A stretch of DNA of 64,000 nt from an uncultured Nannocystis sp. (GCA_964474905.1 CAYYUP010000014.1:28030-92029), one strand, 5' to 3'; shown: positions 36,575-46,194, numbered from the stretch's first letter. Translations and numbers: made by a program. The notes: generated from the sequence alone by a model not told the origin.

Positions 36575-38584
36575 ATGACGATCGCCAGCCTTGGGTCCCT
36601 GACTCTTCTTCTCGTCTTTTTAATGAGCCTGGTGACCATCGGCCTTTCGGTCTCCGGTGCCTACCGTCGCTCGCCGCGTCTCATGGAGGCCGGTGTGCAG
36701 GGTCTTTACGCGACCTTTGGGCTCTCTGCATTCGCCTCGTCGCTGATCATCTACGCGTTTCTCGCGGGTGATTTTTCGATCCAGTACGTGCAGCACACCA
36801 GCGACTCGGCGATGCCGCTCTTTTACAAGATCACGGCGTTCTGGGGCGGACTCGATGGTTCGCTGCTCTTTTGGGTGCTGCTGCACACGCTCTTTGGCAG
36901 CCTGGCGGTGCGAGCGAATCGCCGACGCCACGCCGAACTCATCCCCCACGTGGTCGCCATCCTCTCGGCGATCACCCTCTTTTTTGTCGGCATCCTGCTC
37001 TTTTTAAAGGATCCCTTTGCGCCCTACCTGCTCGACATCCCGACGACCGGCAAGGGCCTCAATCCGCTGCTGCAAAACTTCTACATGATCTTCCACCCGC
37101 CGAGCCTCTACCTCGGTTACGTGTCACTGGCGGTGCCCTACGCCTTTGGCATGGCGGCGCTGATCAGCGGCCAGGTCGACGCAAACTGGCAACGCAGCGT
37201 GCGCCGATGGGTGCTTTTTTCTTGGATCTTCCTGTCGATCGGGCTGATTTTGGGTGGGCTTTGGGCCTACGAAGAGCTCGGCTGGGGCGGCTACTGGGCC
37301 TGGGATCCGGTCGAGAACGCGGGCCTCTTGCCCTGGTTTACGACGGTCGCCTTCCTGCACTCGGTGATGATCCAGGAGCGCCGGGGCATGATGAAGATCT
37401 GGAACGTCAGCCTGATCATCATCTCGTTTTTGCTGACGATCGTCGGCACCTTCATGACCCGCAGCGGTGTTGTGCAAAGCGTGCACGCCTTTGGCGAGGA
37501 CTCCGATCTCGCCTGGACGTTTGGCGCGTTCATGCTGCTGATCGTGATCTTTTCCTTTGGCCTGGTGATCTGGAGACGACCCTTGCTGCGTGCGCGCGGC
37601 GAGTTAGAGAGCGCGCTTAGCCGCGAGTTTGCCTTCTTGGTCAACAACTGGCTCTTTTTGACCTGCGCGGTCTTTGTGCTCGGGGCGACCATGTGGCCGA
37701 CGTTCATCGAGTGGATGAACATCCTCATCGAGCGCTACCCCGACCTGCTCGGCTGGATCGATCCCGGCCAGCGCAAGGTCATCGGCCCGCCCTTTTTTAA
37801 TCGCTACATGCGACCGCTAGGCCTGGCGCTGCTGCTGCTGACGGGCATCGGTCCGCTGCTCGCCTGGCGCAAGACTTCGGGGCGAAACCTCTTGCGCCAG
37901 TTCACGGGGCCCTTGGTGTTTGGTGCCGCCTGTACGGTCGCGCCGGCGCTGCTCGGCATCGACTCGCCCTGGGGCCTGGCCTGCTTTGGCCTCTGCGGCT
38001 TCACCTTTTGGACGATCGTCCAGGAGTTCTACCGCGGCATTGTGCTTCGTCGAGGAAGGCGCGAGCAGGGCGTCGTCGAGGCTTTGGTCGGCCTCCTGCT
38101 CAGGGCCCGTCGGCGCTACGGCGGCTATGTCGTGCACTTGGGCATCGTTTTGATGTTCTTGGGCTTCGCCGGCAATGCCTACAAGATCGAGCGCAAGTGC
38201 CAGTTGCAGCCGGGGCAGACCTACGAACTCGGTGCCTACACGATCCGTCACGACGGTCTGCGGGTCAGCGAGGACTGGCAAAAAGAGATGATCACCGCCG
38301 ACCTCGCGATCCTGAAGGACGGCGAAGTGGTCGATGTGCTGACGCCCGCGCGCTGGTGGTACTACCAACTGCCCGACCAGCCGACGACCGAGGTTTCGCG
38401 CTACATGACCGCCGGCGAAGATGTCTACGCATCGATGCAAGAGGTCGATCTGACCACCGGTTGGACGCAGCTCAGCCTCTTTATCAACCCGCTGATCAAC
38501 TGGATCTGGATCGGCATGATGGTGATGCTCGGCGGGGCGCTGATCTGCGTCGGTACTCGCAAGTCGGAGGAGCACGATGACTAG
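36575..38584 (+). CDS. ccmF: Cytochrome c-type biogenesis protein CcmF (heme lyase component)
   Basis: A polytopic protein with the WWD domain LGWGGYWAWDPVENAGLLPW and conserved His-containing loops. At 669 aa it is typical CcmF size. Confidence 0.9.
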   Translation: MTIASLGSLTLLLVFLMSLVTIGLSVSGAYRRSPRLMEAGVQGLYATFGLSAFASSLIIYAFLAGDFSIQYVQHTSDSAMPLFYKITAFWGGLDGSLLFWVLLHTLFGSLAVRANRRRHAELIPHVVAILSAITLFFVGILLFLKDPFAPYLLDIPTTGKGLNPLLQNFYMIFHPPSLYLGYVSLAVPYAFGMAALISGQVDANWQRSVRRWVLFSWIFLSIGLILGGLWAYEELGWGGYWAWDPVENAGLLPWFTTVAFLHSVMIQERRGMMKIWNVSLIIISFLLTIVGTFMTRSGVVQSVHAFGEDSDLAWTFGAFMLLIVIFSFGLVIWRRPLLRARGELESALSREFAFLVNNWLFLTCAVFVLGATMWPTFIEWMNILIERYPDLLGWIDPGQRKVIGPPFFNRYMRPLGLALLLLTGIGPLLAWRKTSGRNLLRQFTGPLVFGAACTVAPALLGIDSPWGLACFGLCGFTFWTIVQEFYRGIVLRRGRREQGVVEALVGLLLRARRRYGGYVVHLGIVLMFLGFAGNAYKIERKCQLQPGQTYELGAYTIRHDGLRVSEDWQKEMITADLAILKDGEVVDVLTPARWWYYQLPDQPTTEVSRYMTAGEDVYASMQEVDLTTGWTQLSLFINPLINWIWIGMMVMLGGALICVGTRKSEEHDD

Positions 38585-39197
38585 CCCGAGGACTAGCCAG
38601 AGGTGGGCACTTGTCCGCGGTAGCCTTGTGCACGCGGGTCTGATCACCGTTGGCGGTGTCACGCTCTTTGTCGTGCTCGTCGGTCTTGGCGGTGCCCATG
38701 TCGAAGCTGCGACGCTTGCTCTCGCCTTCGCCGGCATGATGCTGCTCTACACCCTGCGTCGCCTATTTTTGGTGGCTGCGGCGCTCGGCCGTGGGCATGC
38801 CGTGGTGGTCGGCCTGGGCCGGGTCTCCAAGAGCGAACTCCGCGACGAGAAGCGTCGCCTGCTCCGAGCGATCAAGGAACTCGAGTTTGACTACGGCATG
38901 CGCAAGCTCTCCAAGCAGGATTTTGAGTCGGTCTCGGGGGCCTACAAAATGCGGGCGATCGAGGTGATGCGGGCCCTCGACGGCAGCGCCGAGCTGCACC
39001 CCCAGGCGCTCGCATTGTTGCGCGGGCAAGTCGACGGATCGGCGAGCGCGGAGGGCCAAGAGCCGACCGCCGCCGCTGGATCGACCGCCCCCGAGCAGGG
39101 CTCAGGGCTGGCTGCGGCCTGTCCCTCCTGTGCGACCGCCAACGACAACGACGCCCGTTTCTGCAAGCACTGCGGGACCGCGCTGGAGCACGCATGA
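38577..39197 (+). CDS. Uncharacterised membrane protein with a C-terminal zinc ribbon (embedded in the ccm operon)
   Basis: Two predicted TM helices, the amphipathic helix LRAIKELEFDYGMRKLSKQDFESVSGAYKMRAIEVM, and the CxxC-N10-CxxC site CPSCATANDNDARFCKHCG. It overlaps the ccmF end by 8 nt. Confidence 0.6.
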   Translation: MTSPRTSQRWALVRGSLVHAGLITVGGVTLFVVLVGLGGAHVEAATLALAFAGMMLLYTLRRLFLVAAALGRGHAVVVGLGRVSKSELRDEKRRLLRAIKELEFDYGMRKLSKQDFESVSGAYKMRAIEVMRALDGSAELHPQALALLRGQVDGSASAEGQEPTAAAGSTAPEQGSGLAAACPSCATANDNDARFCKHCGTALEHA

Positions 39198-41275
39198 GCC
39201 CCGCGAATTCGAGATTCAAACCCCGTTCTAAGCGAGCCTGTGGCCTCGTGGCTTCGTTTCGTGCACTCGGTGCATGTGCTCTCTTTGCGGCCTCTGCCGG
39301 GCTCGTGATCTGCGTCAGTCTCGACACTGCGCAGGCCCAGCCGGCGATGGGAGGTCGTCCAGATCCGCGGCAGATGTCGGGGCTCTCTCGCCTCGATCCG
39401 CAGGTCGCACCGGGCACGATCACTGCGCGCTGTCTGCTCGGTGGGTTTGACCAGCCGGCGGTCGGCGTCGAGGTCACGCTCGAGCTGCGGGCCGCGGACG
39501 GTCGGACAAAAAACCTCACGTCTCTCGCCGATGGAGAGGGGCGGGCAACGTTCACGGGCGCCGAGGAATTTGTCGGCGGTGATGCGATCGCCAGCGTCAG
39601 CTTTGACGGCGAACTCGTGCGCTCGCAGCCGATCGAAATCTCGGCATCCGCTGGTTCTCGGGTTTTGTTGGTCAAGGGCGCGCCGTCAGCCCCAGCGAGT
39701 GCACCTCCGGGGTCTGTTGGGCCAGCCGGGCCAGCCGGGCCAGCGGGACAGGGCGGGGCCGGGCTTGATCGCGCTGGTTTTCCAGAGCCGGGAAAGCCCT
39801 TCTCGGATCCGCGTTTTCCCAAAGGAACGCTGGTGGTCGGCGTGCTCGACCTTGCCGCTCGCGGCGGTGTCGAGGGGATCTCTGTGCAGCTGACGATCCG
39901 CCCGCCCGTTGGCGAGGGCGGCGAGGCGGTCGATGAGATCGTGCGCACGGGGGTGACAGACGCCCAGGGCAGGGTGCTCTTCGACAAGCTCGACGGCGAC
40001 GATGTGCCCGCGGGCAGCGTGCTTGTGGCCTCGGCGGTGATCGAAGAGGGGGGCGCACGGCAGGCCTCCCAGGAGTTCACGATGGGCGACGTCGGCCTCG
40101 CCCTGGTCTTTACTTTGGGTTCGGCGGAGGCCCAGGATCTGCCGGGCTCGCGCGCGCAGAGGCGGCCGATCATGCCGCCCCGTTTGACGCCGACGATGAA
40201 GGCAGGATCGGTGCGGATCTCGGTGATCGATGCCGCCGATCAGCCCGTCGCGCAGCAGGAGGTCGATCTCGCCAAGCTCGACGTCACCGGCGCAGAGACC
40301 CACTATTCGGGGTTCTCGGGGCCCGACGGTGTCGCTCAGATCGAGGACATCGCGGTCAGCGTCGACGCGGCCTACCAGATCACCATCAACTACGCCGGCG
40401 CGCCCTACCGCAGCTCGCTCTTTCGCCTGCACGAGTCGATGGGAGCGCTCGCCGAACTCCGTGTTTTTAAGACCACCGACGACGCCTCGCGGATCCGCAG
40501 CGCGACCCAGCTCGAGATCGCCGCCCGCGAGAACGACCTCGCTCAGGTGACCCAGCTCTATCAGGTCTTTGTCAGCGGCGACGAGGCCTACTGGCCCGGG
40601 CAGGCGCTGAAGATCGAGGGTGGCGAGGGCGCACTCGGCTTTGTCGTCATGAACCGGGCCTCGCCGATCGTCGAGCACAGCGAGAAGGCGCCCTTTGCCA
40701 CGCTCCGCGAGCCGATTCCGCCGGGGGAGGTGGTCGATCTCTCCTTTGCCTACCTTGTCGAGCACGACGGTGCGGCGACGATCCGTTGGGCGCCACCGCT
40801 GCCACTTCTGGAGTCTGGTGTGCTCTTACCCAAGAAGTTTCGCCTCAGCTCTGGCGCGAGCAAGCCGGCGACGCCGCCTCCGCAGGCCCCAGACGCGCCC
40901 TTTGACTACTTCGATCTCGGCGGTCGCGAGCCCGGGGTGCCGATCGAGCTGGTCGTTGAGGGCCTGCCCACGCGGCCGCGGATCTACAAGGATCTGGCGC
41001 TCTGGCTTGGGCTTGGAATGCTCGCGTTGCTGGGCGCCTCCTTCTTTGTGGGCCCGCGACGCAGCCGGCGTGATCGCCTTGTAGAGCGAAAACGCGAGCT
41101 TGTGGCAGCGCTCCATCAGCACAGCGGCGAGGGCGATGCGGCCGAGGGGGAGCGGAGGATGGGCTTCGCGATCGCGCTCGATCAGGTACTGCGTCAGCTC
41201 GAGGCCCTCGACGGCATCGGTGGTGATGCATCCTCGGGTTCAGGTTCGGGTTCGGGTTTAGGGCCTTCGGCATGA
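39194..41275 (+). CDS. Uncharacterised large exported or bitopic protein with beta-sandwich-like repeats (embedded in the ccm operon)
   Basis: A signal peptide ending in AQAQ and at least three carboxypeptidase-regulatory/Ig-like-looking segments (GVEVTLELRAADGRT...GEGRATF; GISVQLTIRP...DAQGRVLF; VRISVIDAADQPV...GPDGVAQI). There is a C-terminal TM (LALWLGLGMLALLGASFFV) and a short tail. ATGA overlaps occur at both ends. Confidence 0.6.
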   Translation: MSPANSRFKPRSKRACGLVASFRALGACALFAASAGLVICVSLDTAQAQPAMGGRPDPRQMSGLSRLDPQVAPGTITARCLLGGFDQPAVGVEVTLELRAADGRTKNLTSLADGEGRATFTGAEEFVGGDAIASVSFDGELVRSQPIEISASAGSRVLLVKGAPSAPASAPPGSVGPAGPAGPAGQGGAGLDRAGFPEPGKPFSDPRFPKGTLVVGVLDLAARGGVEGISVQLTIRPPVGEGGEAVDEIVRTGVTDAQGRVLFDKLDGDDVPAGSVLVASAVIEEGGARQASQEFTMGDVGLALVFTLGSAEAQDLPGSRAQRRPIMPPRLTPTMKAGSVRISVIDAADQPVAQQEVDLAKLDVTGAETHYSGFSGPDGVAQIEDIAVSVDAAYQITINYAGAPYRSSLFRLHESMGALAELRVFKTTDDASRIRSATQLEIAARENDLAQVTQLYQVFVSGDEAYWPGQALKIEGGEGALGFVVMNRASPIVEHSEKAPFATLREPIPPGEVVDLSFAYLVEHDGAATIRWAPPLPLLESGVLLPKKFRLSSGASKPATPPPQAPDAPFDYFDLGGREPGVPIELVVEGLPTRPRIYKDLALWLGLGMLALLGASFFVGPRRSRRDRLVERKRELVAALHQHSGEGDAAEGERRMGFAIALDQVLRQLEALDGIGGDASSGSGSGSGLGPSA

Positions 41276-42039
41276 GCACGACGATCGCTCCGCTCGAGGT
41301 GCGGGGCATCCGCCAGCGCTTTGGTCGTAAGCGGGTGCTGAGGCGTGTTGATCTGCGAGTCGATGGCGGTGAACTCGTCGGTCTTGTCGGCGCCAATGGT
41401 TCGGGAAAGACCACGCTCTTCTCGATCATCACCGGGTTGTTGCCGGCCGACAGCGGCAGCTCTTTCTTTGCCGGTCAATCGATCGAGTCGATGGATCTGG
41501 GGCAGCGGGCGCGGTTGGCCTACGTCGCTCACCGGCCGCAGGTCTATCTCGGGCTCAGCGCCCGCGAAAACCTCGATCTCTTCGCCGATTTGCGGGCGAC
41601 GGTCGGGGCAAAGACAGCCGAAGCCGGTGTCATCTTGGAGCGTTTCGGTCTCGCAGAGGTCGCCGATCGCCTGGTCAGTACGTTTTCTCGGGGCATGGCC
41701 CAGCGCCTCTCGCTCGCCCGGGCGTTGGCATCGAGCCCTGACATCTTGATCCTCGACGAACCCTTCACGGCGCTCGATCGCCAGGGGCGGGAGCTGCTCG
41801 CGGAGATCCTCGGGGCTGAGCGGGCGCGGGGGTCGGCGATCTTCATCGCCTCCCACGACCACGACATGCTCGTGCAAGTTGCGGATCGCATTTTACATCT
41901 CGAGAACGGGGTGATCGCCGGTGAAGCCCAGCGGGATCCCGCAGATCAGGACGGCAGCGTCTTCCGGCGGGCGACCGCGGCCCTCTGGTCCGGTGCAAGC
42001 TCGCCGAAGTCGACGCCAGAAGTCCGCGCGCAAGCGTAA
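41272..42039 (+). CDS. ccmA: Heme exporter ATP-binding protein CcmA (ABC ATPase)
   Basis: Walker A GANGSGKTT, signature FSRGMAQRLSLARAL, Walker B ILILDEPFTALD. It sits directly upstream of ccmB and ccmC. Confidence 0.85.
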   Translation: MSTTIAPLEVRGIRQRFGRKRVLRRVDLRVDGGELVGLVGANGSGKTTLFSIITGLLPADSGSSFFAGQSIESMDLGQRARLAYVAHRPQVYLGLSARENLDLFADLRATVGAKTAEAGVILERFGLAEVADRLVSTFSRGMAQRLSLARALASSPDILILDEPFTALDRQGRELLAEILGAERARGSAIFIASHDHDMLVQVADRILHLENGVIAGEAQRDPADQDGSVFRRATAALWSGASSPKSTPEVRAQA

Positions 42040-42165
42040 TCTCGCCCCCGGGCAACGTGCACAGCGCTGTGGCCTGTGGAGCTGCATGCGAATTGTGCTC
42101 TGTCTTGCGCGCTCTGTGTGCAGCGAACCGGACGGGCGTTCGGTGATCTGATAGAACGCCCGGCG

Positions 42166-42906
42166 ATGGGCTTTCTCCGTCAGATCCGCCTGCTCGTGGT
42201 GGCGGAGCTCCGCCAAGAGGTGCGGTCGTTTGAGGTCGTGCTCACTTCGGCGTTTTTCAGCGTCGTGATGATCGCTCTCTTCGCCCTCTCGCTGGGGGCG
42301 CTGCCCGTGGATTCGCAGGTGATGGCGGTGCCCGGGGCGCTCTGGCTCAGTGTCGCGTTTGTGGGGTCGCTTACGTTGACGCGGGTCTTTGATCGGGAGC
42401 GCGAGTCGGACACCCTGCGGGCCCTCCTGGTCGGGCCGGTGCACCGCATGGCGATCTACTTCTCCAAGGCGGCGATCGCCCTGATGGTGCTGTTACTCGC
42501 CACTGCGGTGCTGGTGCCGGGCCTCATTGTCATCTTCCCGGCGGCGGCGCCGATGGCGGAGCGGCCGCTCTTCACCGCGGCGATGGTGCTCCTGGGTTGC
42601 ATCGGCTATGTCGCGGTCGGTACGCTCTTCGCCGCCGGACTGGCGACGGGTAGCGGCAAAAATGTCCTGCTCTCGCTGATCCTCCACCCTCTGACGACAC
42701 CTGTCCTAATGTTCAACTTGGTCGCGACCCGGGCGCTCTTAGAGGCCCATCCTGGGGCTGATGCCTACCTCGGACGCTTGGCCGCGGTCGACGTTGTGCT
42801 CGTCGTTCTCGGTGCCTGGCTATTCGAGCCGGTTCTCGTCGGCGGCGGCAGTGGCAGTGGCAATAGCAGCGCAGGGGCACGCGCGGCGCAGGGGAGGGCG
42901 AGCTGA
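42166..42906 (+). CDS. ccmB: Heme exporter membrane protein CcmB
   Basis: A six-TM protein with the CcmB-like RVFDRERESDTLRALL motif. The ATG at 42166 (MGFLRQI) is preferred. A GTG at 42076 is possible. Confidence 0.8.
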   Translation: MGFLRQIRLLVVAELRQEVRSFEVVLTSAFFSVVMIALFALSLGALPVDSQVMAVPGALWLSVAFVGSLTLTRVFDRERESDTLRALLVGPVHRMAIYFSKAAIALMVLLLATAVLVPGLIVIFPAAAPMAERPLFTAAMVLLGCIGYVAVGTLFAAGLATGSGKNVLLSLILHPLTTPVLMFNLVATRALLEAHPGADAYLGRLAAVDVVLVVLGAWLFEPVLVGGGSGSGNSSAGARAAQGRAS

Positions 42907-43601
42907 TGATCCGCCGCTTTTTACCGGACGTCATGCTCTTTGCGTCGGCGTTGATTTTCCCCTACAGCGTCGCGCGGATCTTCCTCGATACGCCGATCGA
43001 GCGGACGATGGGCACCGCTTTTAAAATCTTCTTCTTCCACGTACCGATGGGGTGGTTGACGATGCTGATGGCGATGGTCTGCGGGATCGCGGCGGTGGTT
43101 GAGCTGCGCCGGCGTTCGGTGACAGCCTCGGCGGTCGCCCTCGCCGCGGCCGAGATCGGCTTTGTCTGCGGCCTCGGTGTGCTGCTCACGGGGCCGATTT
43201 GGGGCAACGCGACCTGGGGAAAACCGTGGACCGGAGACGCCCGACAGATGTCGACGGCGCTGCTCTGGTTGGTGATCGCCGCCTATCTCCTGATCCGCCA
43301 CTACGGACCTGCGGGCAGCCGGCGACTAGCCGCGGCGCTGGCGATCTTTGGCGCCATCGACGTGCCGATCATCTACTACGCGGTCAAGCTCTGGAAGACC
43401 ACGCACCCGAGCACAGAGGTCATCGGCTCGCTGCCGCCGGCACTCTGGGCCGCATTTTGGCCGGGGCTCGGGGCGATCGTGTTGTGCGCGCTCGGTCTGA
43501 TGGGGCTGCGCATTCGCCAGCTCATCCTCGCCGAAGAACTCGATGAAGCATGGGTCCGCACTGCGGACAGAGCGGAAGACCATGGAGCCGATCACCCCTA
43601 A
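42906..43601 (+). CDS. ccmC: Heme exporter protein CcmC
   Basis: The Trp-rich periplasmic motif GPIWGNATWGKPWTGDARQ, flanked by conserved His-containing loops (FFHVP...). TGATG overlap with ccmB. Confidence 0.9.
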   Translation: MIRRFLPDVMLFASALIFPYSVARIFLDTPIERTMGTAFKIFFFHVPMGWLTMLMAMVCGIAAVVELRRRSVTASAVALAAAEIGFVCGLGVLLTGPIWGNATWGKPWTGDARQMSTALLWLVIAAYLLIRHYGPAGSRRLAAALAIFGAIDVPIIYYAVKLWKTTHPSTEVIGSLPPALWAAFWPGLGAIVLCALGLMGLRIRQLILAEELDEAWVRTADRAEDHGADHP

Positions 43602-43917
43602 TCCAGCCGAGGCAGCCGCAGCTGCCAACCCTGCCACGACCGCCAAGATCGAGGGCACAAAGACCGAGGGCAAGCCGGTCGACAGCGTCGCCGATGAGTA
43701 CGAGCCGGTAACCGGTCGCTCCTTGGCGGAGGTCGAGCAGGTGCGCATGCTCGAGAGCGTCGCCGCCCAAAAAGTCGCCCGTGACTACGAGCATGTCATC
43801 TGGGCCTACGGGATCCTGTGGGCGCTCTTCGCCTGCTACGGGATCTTTCTTTGGCGGCGCAGTGCCCGGCTGCGGGCCGACATGAACGCGCTCAGGCGTG
43901 AGCTTGGGTCCGCATGA
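43582..43917 (+). CDS. ccmD: CcmD-like small membrane protein with a long N-terminal tail
   Basis: The C-terminal segment VIWAYGILWALFACYGIFLWRRSARLRADMNALRRELG resembles the CcmD single-TM plus basic tail. The position after ccmC is canonical. The start is uncertain (43543 or 43582). Confidence 0.55.
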   Translation: MEPITPNPAEAAAAANPATTAKIEGTKTEGKPVDSVADEYEPVTGRSLAEVEQVRMLESVAAQKVARDYEHVIWAYGILWALFACYGIFLWRRSARLRADMNALRRELGSA

Positions 43918-44096
43918 CGCTCGGGCATTTCCTCTACATTCCCGGGGTGCTGGTGCTCGGTTTGGTCATCGGGTATGTGCTCGGCGGACGGGCAGCGACG
44001 ACCGCCGATGCCGATCGCCAGGCGGGTGAGCAGCGACGGGCGGCTCGCAAAGCCCGCGCCGCGGCGCGTGATGGTGAGCGCCCGCCGGGGCCCTGA
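43914..44096 (+). CDS. Possible 60-aa single-TM protein at the end of the ccm operon
   Basis: ATGA overlap with the preceding gene. It has a TM (FLYIPGVLVLGLVIGYVLG) and a basic tail. With no homology evidence, it could be spurious. Confidence 0.35.
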   Translation: MTLGHFLYIPGVLVLGLVIGYVLGGRAATTADADRQAGEQRRAARKARAAARDGERPPGP

Positions 44097-44210
44097 TCGC
44101 CAGCAGAGTGGCAAGAGCTATCGTTCTCGGTTCAAGAAGGACCGCGGGCGCACCTTCTGTCGTTGCGTGCAAGATGTTAGAACCCAGCGCACGAACCTCT
44201 AGGAGCTGCG

Positions 44211-45356
44211 ATGTTCAACCCGACGTACACCGAAGAACAGGCCGCACTGGTCAATACCGCCCGCAAGTTCGCCGCCGAGACCATCATTCCGGTGGCCCAC
44301 GAGTGCGACGAAAACGAGCGTTTTCCTCTCGAGGTCTTCGAGGCGGCCTTTGAGCTCGGTTTGCTCAACGCCGAGCTGCCCGAGGCCTACGGCGGTTTGG
44401 GTCTGCACACCATCGACGGCTGCCTGATCGCCGAGGAGATCGCCTACGGTTGCCCGGCGGTTGCGACCAGCTTGGTCTGCAATCACCTGGGGTCCTTGCC
44501 GCTGCTGATCGCCGGAACCGAGGCGCAGAAGAACACCTGGCTGGGCCGTCTGGTCGACGAGCTGACCTTCGTCGCCTATTGCTGCTCCGAGCCCGAGGCC
44601 GGCTCGGATGTCGCCGCGATGAAGACCCGCCTGGTGCGCGACGGCGACGGCTGGATCCTGAGCGGGCAGAAGCGATGGATCACCAACGGCGGCCAGGCGA
44701 GCTTTTACACCGGCTTCGCGACGATCGACAGCAAGCTCCGGCATAAGGGCATCACCGCCTTTGTCGTCGACAGGTCGCAAAAAGGCGTCAGCGTTGGCAA
44801 AAAAGAGAAAAAACTCGGGCAGCGGGCGTCGGAGACCGTCGACGTGCTCTTTGACGACGTGCGTCTCCGCGACGATCAGATCATCGGCACGCCCGGCGGT
44901 GGCTTTGCGATCGCCATGGAGACCTTCGACAAGTCGCGACCGATGATTGGCGCGCAATGCGCAGGGATCATTCGTCGTTGCCTCGACGAGTCGATCGCCT
45001 ACGCCAAGGAGCGCAAGACCTTTGGTGTGCCGATCGCCAGCCACCAGGCGATCCAGTTCATGATCGCCGAGATGGCGATGGCCCACGAGACCGTCAAGCT
45101 GCTCTACTCCAAGGCAGCCTGGGAGGTCGACAACGGGGTTCGCCGCAGCAATACCAGCGCGATCGCCAAGTGCATGGGGGCCGACTTCGCGGTTAGGTCC
45201 GCCACCGATGCGGTGCAGATCTTCGGCGGCTATGGCTACACCCGCGAGTACCCGGTAGAAAAACTCTACCGTGACGCCAAGCTGATGCAGATCTACGAGG
45301 GCACCTCGCAGGTGCAGCGCATGGTCATCGCCAAAAACCTCCTCGTGCGCTCCTAG
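44211..45356 (+). CDS. Acyl-CoA dehydrogenase
   Basis: ACAD signatures [19 protein letters not shown], and [35 protein letters not shown]. Confidence 0.9.
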   Translation: MFNPTYTEEQAALVNTARKFAAETIIPVAHECDENERFPLEVFEAAFELGLLNAELPEAYGGLGLHTIDGCLIAEEIAYGCPAVATSLVCNHLGSLPLLIAGTEAQKNTWLGRLVDELTFVAYCCSEPEAGSDVAAMKTRLVRDGDGWILSGQKRWITNGGQASFYTGFATIDSKLRHKGITAFVVDRSQKGVSVGKKEKKLGQRASETVDVLFDDVRLRDDQIIGTPGGGFAIAMETFDKSRPMIGAQCAGIIRRCLDESIAYAKERKTFGVPIASHQAIQFMIAEMAMAHETVKLLYSKAAWEVDNGVRRSNTSAIAKCMGADFAVRSATDAVQIFGGYGYTREYPVEKLYRDAKLMQIYEGTSQVQRMVIAKNLLVRS

Positions 45357-45359
45357 GGC

Positions 45360-46187
45360 ATGATGGCGCGATCCTTGGACCTGCCGATCGGTGTCTTCGA
45401 CTCCGGTGTCGGCGGTCTTACGGTGTTGCGGGCGCTTCGCGAGCGTCTGCCTGGCGAGTCGTTTCTCTACCTTGGCGATACCGCGCGTCTGCCCTACGGG
45501 ACCAAGAGCCCCGGCACGGTGCGTCGATACGCCGAGCAGGCGGCGGGCATGTTGATCGAGTGCGGTGTGCGGGCCCTGGTGATCGCCTGCAATACCGCTT
45601 CGTCGGCGGCGGTCGAGCATCTCCGCCGGCGTTTTGCGCCGGTCCCGGTTTTTGGGGTGATAGGCCCCGGAGCTGCGGCTGCGGTCGCCGCCTCCAGGCA
45701 CGGGCAGATCTTGGTCCTCGCCACGGAGGGCACGGTGCAGGGCGGTGCCTACGAGCGTGCCATCCGCGCCCGGAGATCCTCGGCGCTGGTGGTCTCGGTG
45801 CCCTGTCCCCTCTTTGTTGCGCTCGCAGAGGAGGGCTGGGTCGAGGGCGCGATCACCGAGGCGGTCGCCCGTCGATACCTATCGCCAATCCTCGACAAAC
45901 ACCCGGGAATTGACACCCTGGTCCTCGGGTGCACCCACTTTCCGGTGCTCTCTGGGGCAATACAAGCGGCTGCTGGAGCGGCTGTCAGGGTTGTTGATTC
46001 GGCTGCGACGACGGCGGCAGCGGTGGTCAAAGCCCTCGATCGTGCACCCGCTGAGGGTCACTTGGGGGTCCCCCATGGAGAGATCCGCTTCCTCGCCACG
46101 GATGCGCCGCAGCGTTTCTCTCGGGTGGGAAGTATCTTTCTTGGAGAGGTGATCGCTCCGGGCGCCGTCGAGTTGGTCGATCTTTAA
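45360..46187 (+). CDS. murI: Glutamate racemase
   Basis: IGVFDSGVGGLTVL, the first catalytic Cys in VIACNTASS, and the second in LVLGCTHFP. Confidence 0.9.
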   Translation: MMARSLDLPIGVFDSGVGGLTVLRALRERLPGESFLYLGDTARLPYGTKSPGTVRRYAEQAAGMLIECGVRALVIACNTASSAAVEHLRRRFAPVPVFGVIGPGAAAAVAASRHGQILVLATEGTVQGGAYERAIRARRSSALVVSVPCPLFVALAEEGWVEGAITEAVARRYLSPILDKHPGIDTLVLGCTHFPVLSGAIQAAAGAAVRVVDSAATTAAAVVKALDRAPAEGHLGVPHGEIRFLATDAPQRFSRVGSIFLGEVIAPGAVELVDL

Positions 46188-46194
46188 AAAGATC

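Noticed and set aside
39716-39760. Collagen-like GPAGPAGPAGQGGAG stretch, with the DNA repeat gggccagcc x3
   Set aside because: It has only 3-4 Gly-X-Y triplets, far too short for a collagen triple helix. It is probably a flexible linker created by a small DNA slippage repeat.
38872-40765. Minus-strand ORFs of 433 and 359 aa opposite the 693-aa ccm-embedded gene
   Set aside because: Their composition is strongly Arg/Pro/Ser/Ala-biased. The plus-strand frame is supported by ATGA coupling at both ends, a signal peptide and a TM segment. I note that support for the plus-strand gene is contextual rather than homology-based.
44199-45701. 500-aa minus-strand ORF opposite the acyl-CoA dehydrogenase and murI
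   Set aside because: It is a shadow ORF spanning two well-supported plus-strand genes.
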